DNA of 64,000 nt, taken from assembly GCF_009914755.1 (NCBI RefSeq), contig NC_060933.1; one strand, given 5' to 3'. Below, piece by piece: positions 57,707 through 64,000 of this stretch. The stretch's first letter is position 1; each line of letters starts with the position of its first letter. The stretch is from the human T2T-CHM13v2.0 reference genome, Homo sapiens. The notes under the pieces are model-generated. The model was not told the DNA's origin. It made no database searches and was given only the letters and a program-made list of their open reading frames with translations. The position numbers and the translations under genes were made by a program.

Positions 57707-58789
57707 CTTAACCGTAATAATAATTATTATTAGTATAAATTATGTAAAAAGAAGTTAAACATCCAAAACATAAAAATACTCTACTCTAAAATCCAGCCAG
57801 GCAGTGATACTATTTAAGGCATAGCATTAAAAACCCAGTTGTCCCCACCCACCCCCATCAAACACAGCTTGCCATCAGGCCTCTTAATAATTAGTTCCTT
57901 AATGACTGTTCCCATCTGCTGCCAGTCAGTCTCACTGGTTCAATGTTTGGCGTTTTAGAGTGACATCTCTGGTCCTCTGAATTTGTAGTTGAGCTTTGCT
58001 GGCATCAAACTCAGTTAAGAAGGATATTTGGAGTGACTGTTTGTCCTCTTGCTTAGTATACTCCAGCCTCCTGCTACCAATAATCTGTCTGCTTGAATTC
58101 CTTTTTTAAATTATTATGAAAATTTTAAAATACAACAAAAGAAATAATAAAATGAACCGCCATCACCCAGATTTAAAAGTTATCAAGATTTTGTCACAGC
58201 TGCTTCAAATATGCCTATTGTTTTACTTTGCTTAAATATTATAAAGCAATCCCAAATGTCATTCATCTCACCTATACATACTTCATTTTGTTAAATTCCT
58301 CTTTTTACTTATACATACTGCAATCGGCATTCACACAAAATATGGACATAACCAAAAAGTCATTATCACACTAACAATATTAACACCAATCAGTCCATAT
58401 TCAGACTTCCCCAATTGCCTCAAAATGTGTCTCACAATTGGTTTATTTAAATCAGGATCTAAACAAGGTCCACAATACATTTGATTTGTTATGTCTCTTA
58501 AGAATCTTTTCATCCAAAGCTAACTCTCTCCTTTTTCACTAACCCGAACTTATTCAAGATTAATTCCTTTTAAATTCTTTTCTTATTAATATATAGAAGA
58601 GAAAAAATAGAATAAAGATATTTCTATATCTCTTGATTCTAAATCCAGCTAGTGACCCTAAAAGCTTGGTTTTGATTTGCTCTGAATAGGCAACCGTCCC
58701 TGAACTAGACTGGCAAACTCGTGGCAGTAGAAAACAGGAGTCTAAAGCTCAGAGGATGAATAATCACCAGAGACAGTTTATTATACTAT

Positions 58790-59079
<290 letters not shown>

Positions 59080-59306
59080 CTATTATACTATTTATATAGC
59101 TGGTTATACTGCTATCCAAAAATACTCATCATTTTTTTATAAAAGTTATTTAACTAAATGCAGTGTGAACTGTCCTCTGACTCTAATTTATGATTACTTG
59201 ACTAACTTTAAAATACATACAACTACTATATTTTAACAAATCATTTTGGACTATTCATTAATTGTTCAACACACCAATATTTTATGAACCACTAAAAAAA
59301 TATACA

Positions 59307-60476
<1,170 letters not shown>

Positions 60477-60728
60477 ATTAAGTGCCACAGAATTTCAGCA
60501 CAATGCAGAGTTCACACCAGTTAGAACAATTCAGAGGTGAAATCCCAAAACAACAAAATTCTTCTGATAACTAACCTCCACATATTGGCCTAAAAACTCA
60601 CCTTGTTACACCAATCCAAGCTAAGTGGATAGACCTGAGCTTCAAAAACTAAAGTAACTGTTACCACATCAGAAGCAATTTTAAGAAGTTTTCTTTCTCA
60701 TTTAAGCTGGTTCACAAGATACTATTAC

Positions 60729-60884
60729 CTGTTTTTATTAATTCTTTAATCAGATCTTCCTTCATCTTGATGTTAATTGTAAGTTCTCTCATTTTTTGTT
60801 TAGCTTCAGTAAGTATGCGTTCTGAATTCTTTAATTTTTGCAAATTCAATTCTTGACTCTCCTGGAGACAATCAATCTTTAAAT
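60729..60884 (-). CDS. KIF27: KIF27 coding exon (156 nt; DLKIDCLQESQELNLQKL...LIKELIKTG)
   Basis: Acceptor tttttaaag|AT and donor ACAG|gtaata. Coiled-coil peptide inside ORF 60712..60933. Confidence 0.94.
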
Positions 60885-61687
60885 CTTTAAAAAAAAATGG
60901 AGAAATAAAACTATCTGCTGGTAAAATATTCAACAGAAGTAGAGTTAAAAAAAGAAAAGCAGACTCAAAAGCAATTTAGAGGTGGCAGTGGAAGAGACAA
61001 AAAGGAAGGGGAGGAAAAAGGGGAAAAAATACACAGCAATTGGGACTCTAGCATTCCAGCTTACAGTAAGAGTTTTTATTTTCTTACAAATTAATACATG
61101 TATGTATATATTCTTTCTTAATATCCCATAAGTTCAGACACACAGTTTTTCATTGCCTTTAACATGAGTTATTTGAGATAGGTATAAAATTTCCAGATGG
61201 AGAGAGGGGTGAATTTGTTTCCTATCAACTTCTACTTTTACTGTAATTGGAGAATGCAGACTATACCAGGCTACTCAGAGTGTGGTCTAGCACTGTTTGT
61301 TACTGTCCTGCACCAGAATGTAAATCAACTATGTCACTAAGCACACTGCTTTAGTTCAGGTGACATTTTTTTCATAGCCAGACTTTCTCAAGGAAGGAAC
61401 TAGTGTAAGCTCATTTACATTCCGACGTAAGTTTTTTTCCTGGTTGCAGAGCAGTAACAAACAGCTCAAGCATGGCTGCTTGAGTAGCATTTACCTTTAT
61501 TATTTCCACATTTTGAAATTTATTTTAGTTATACTTAAATTTTTGGCTCATAAAGCCACGTATAGGTTCTTAAAGAGATGCTCTATATTTTCAAAGTGTA
61601 GCACTTGTATTATCCCTATTCCCTTATTTTTTGTGGGTCAACCACGCATTGACCAAGAGAGATGAGTTAACAAAATCTCCTACTACC

Positions 61688-62288
<601 letters not shown>

Positions 62289-62760
62289 CATAAATGTTTT
62301 TGATGTTGTTATTGATGCATAAAAATTCTTAGCAGTTGTGTACTAAAACATTACCAACACCCAGTACACTAATTGGGCTCTAATGCCAAATACATCATTG
62401 ATGTTAGGCACAAGTCCCAGTGAAGGAGTAGACACCTAGTACAATTATTTATACTGTATTTTAACATCATCAGGAATACAAAGCATATCAATTCAGGTCT
62501 GAATATAAAAATCCTTATTCTGAGGGAGTTAGCCTATATCTCTCGCTATAATTAATTGATAGAAAATCTTTTTTTATTAAGGAGTAAAAGAGTAAAAGAG
62601 GTAAAACAGAGAACATAAAAGAAGTTCTACCAACTAGGAAAGCATTTGTACCAAATTCTGGTCTTTGAGAATTCCTGGATGTTTCTTAAATTATCAACTG
62701 AGGAAAAAGATAAGTGTCCTATAACCATTAGGTCTACATTATTTAAGAAGATCTATGTAC

Positions 62761-62864
62761 CTTCATTCTCCAAATCTGACTTTTGTGTTTCATCCTGAGT
62801 ATCACTCAATTCAACAAGGGAACAAACAGAGTCTGGCTTCTGAATCCATGAACGACTTCTACAT
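62761..62864 (-). CDS. KIF27: KIF27 coding exon (104 nt; RCRSRSWIQKPDSVCSLVELSDTQDETQKSDLENE); not in the ORF track
   Basis: Acceptor ttttttaag|ATG and donor GAAG|gtacat. Phases 2/1 join both neighbours in frame. Confidence 0.92.
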
Positions 62865-63355
62865 CTTAAAAAAAAATCAGAAAGTTAACTTATTTGTTCG
62901 TGTTTTCTAATCTGCCCTCAAATTAGTTTCCCCGAAAAGTGAAAGTAATGTTAAAAAAATTATTAGTTACATATAAAAACAGAATGTTACTAATATTGCT
63001 CAAAATAAAAGGATGCCCCCCCCATCCATGTTGAATCCAGTAGAAAAGTCATGTTTGTTGCCAACGTGGCAGCAGAATAAGGAAATCCAAAAAAAAAAAA
63101 AAAAAAAAACCTCTGAAAATTAGAATCTCATTACTATAAAAGCTCTAAAAGCAAAATTATTTTTCAGTTATAAGACTGATGACTTGTGTTCAAATACTAT
63201 TTTCATAACACATTAGATGATAGTACTTTTAGCAAAAGTTACCTACTCTTCTATTAAACATAAAAGATATACTCCAATGGAAAAAACCTACACTTCTATA
63301 TTTATTGCAGCATATAATTCTAAATATTTATTAAATCAGTGTATATTTAACATAC

Positions 63356-63525
63356 CTAGTTCCAGATTTCTCTTGGCCTTCTGATTCTTCATCATCACTG
63401 TTATCAGAAAATTGGCAGTGGAGGACCTTATCTTGTTCTTCTATGTGACCCAACAGCATCTGACTTCGTGTTCGAAATCCAGCAAATATTCGATCCAGAG
63501 AGTACATAGGCGGACTTGTGTGGAC
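63356..63525 (-). CDS. KIF27: KIF27 coding exon (first in window; 170 nt; VHTSPPMYSLDRIFAGFRTRSQ...QEKSGT)
   Basis: Minus-strand acceptor cttgcaag|GTC and donor ACTAG|gtatg. Peptide recognised as the KIF27/KIF7-type post-motor region. Phase 0 to 2 fits the next exon. Confidence 0.93.
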
Positions 63526-64000
63526 CTTGCAAGTGATTCCCCCACCCAACAACAAAAAAAGTGATATTTTAAAAGTCTAATTTTATCCTATTACTCTAAG
63601 TGCTTTTAAAGGGGTTATTAGATTGGCACTCTTAAAATAGCCAATCACTGGAAAATGCTCCCCTCAAACAAAGGTCAAAATTAATTTAACAATACTGTTG
63701 TGCCTCACAGACAAATACTTCTTTCAGAATCCACACAGCTCCTTCTCTTCTGGACAACTCTTCTATCTTCACTTACAGAAAACAGTATTCAAAAATGAAA
63801 CCAAAAGAACGCATGGAAAACATCCTAGCTCTTAAACACAACACAGACACACCCCAACAAATGTACCCTCTTCCCCATCTTCCCAGTTCAGAACACCTGG
63901 AGAACTGTGGTGCTGCCGCCAAAGGTCTGCATCCCCTCCAATCCAAATCCTACCACAGGAAGAAACCCAGAGCCGTCTCCACTCCCTCTGCCAGGGCAAT

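Overview
This is primate (very likely human) genomic DNA. It holds the 3' part of the kinesin-4 family gene KIF27 on the minus strand. I traced 12 coding exons by hand (63525 down to 10687). All have GT-AG boundaries and compatible phases, and they splice into one open 2397-nt frame (798 aa plus TAG) ending ...SRKPRDLKT. A probable ~2.9-kb 3' UTR follows. The introns are dense in repeats: roughly 35 Alus, an internally deleted HERV-L/MLT2A provirus inserted into an AluJ, a 3.9-kb 5'-truncated L1PA with a 783-aa but catalytically mutated ORF2 remnant, older L1M/L2/MIR relics and DNA-transposon MITEs. Nearly all other ORFs in the track are repeat-derived noise. I see no novel multi-gene system. 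The most interesting unexplained structures are: (1) a non-Alu ~200-bp-arm inverted repeat in the KIF27 3' UTR that would mask two AAUAAA hexamers; (2) a ~310-bp inverted duplication in one intron; (3) next to it, an exon whose first bases rebuild an almost identical 5' splice site (recursive-splicing candidate); and (4) one L1-endonuclease target site used twice in succession. Gene identity and repeat subfamily names come from recognition and memory, not from a database search.
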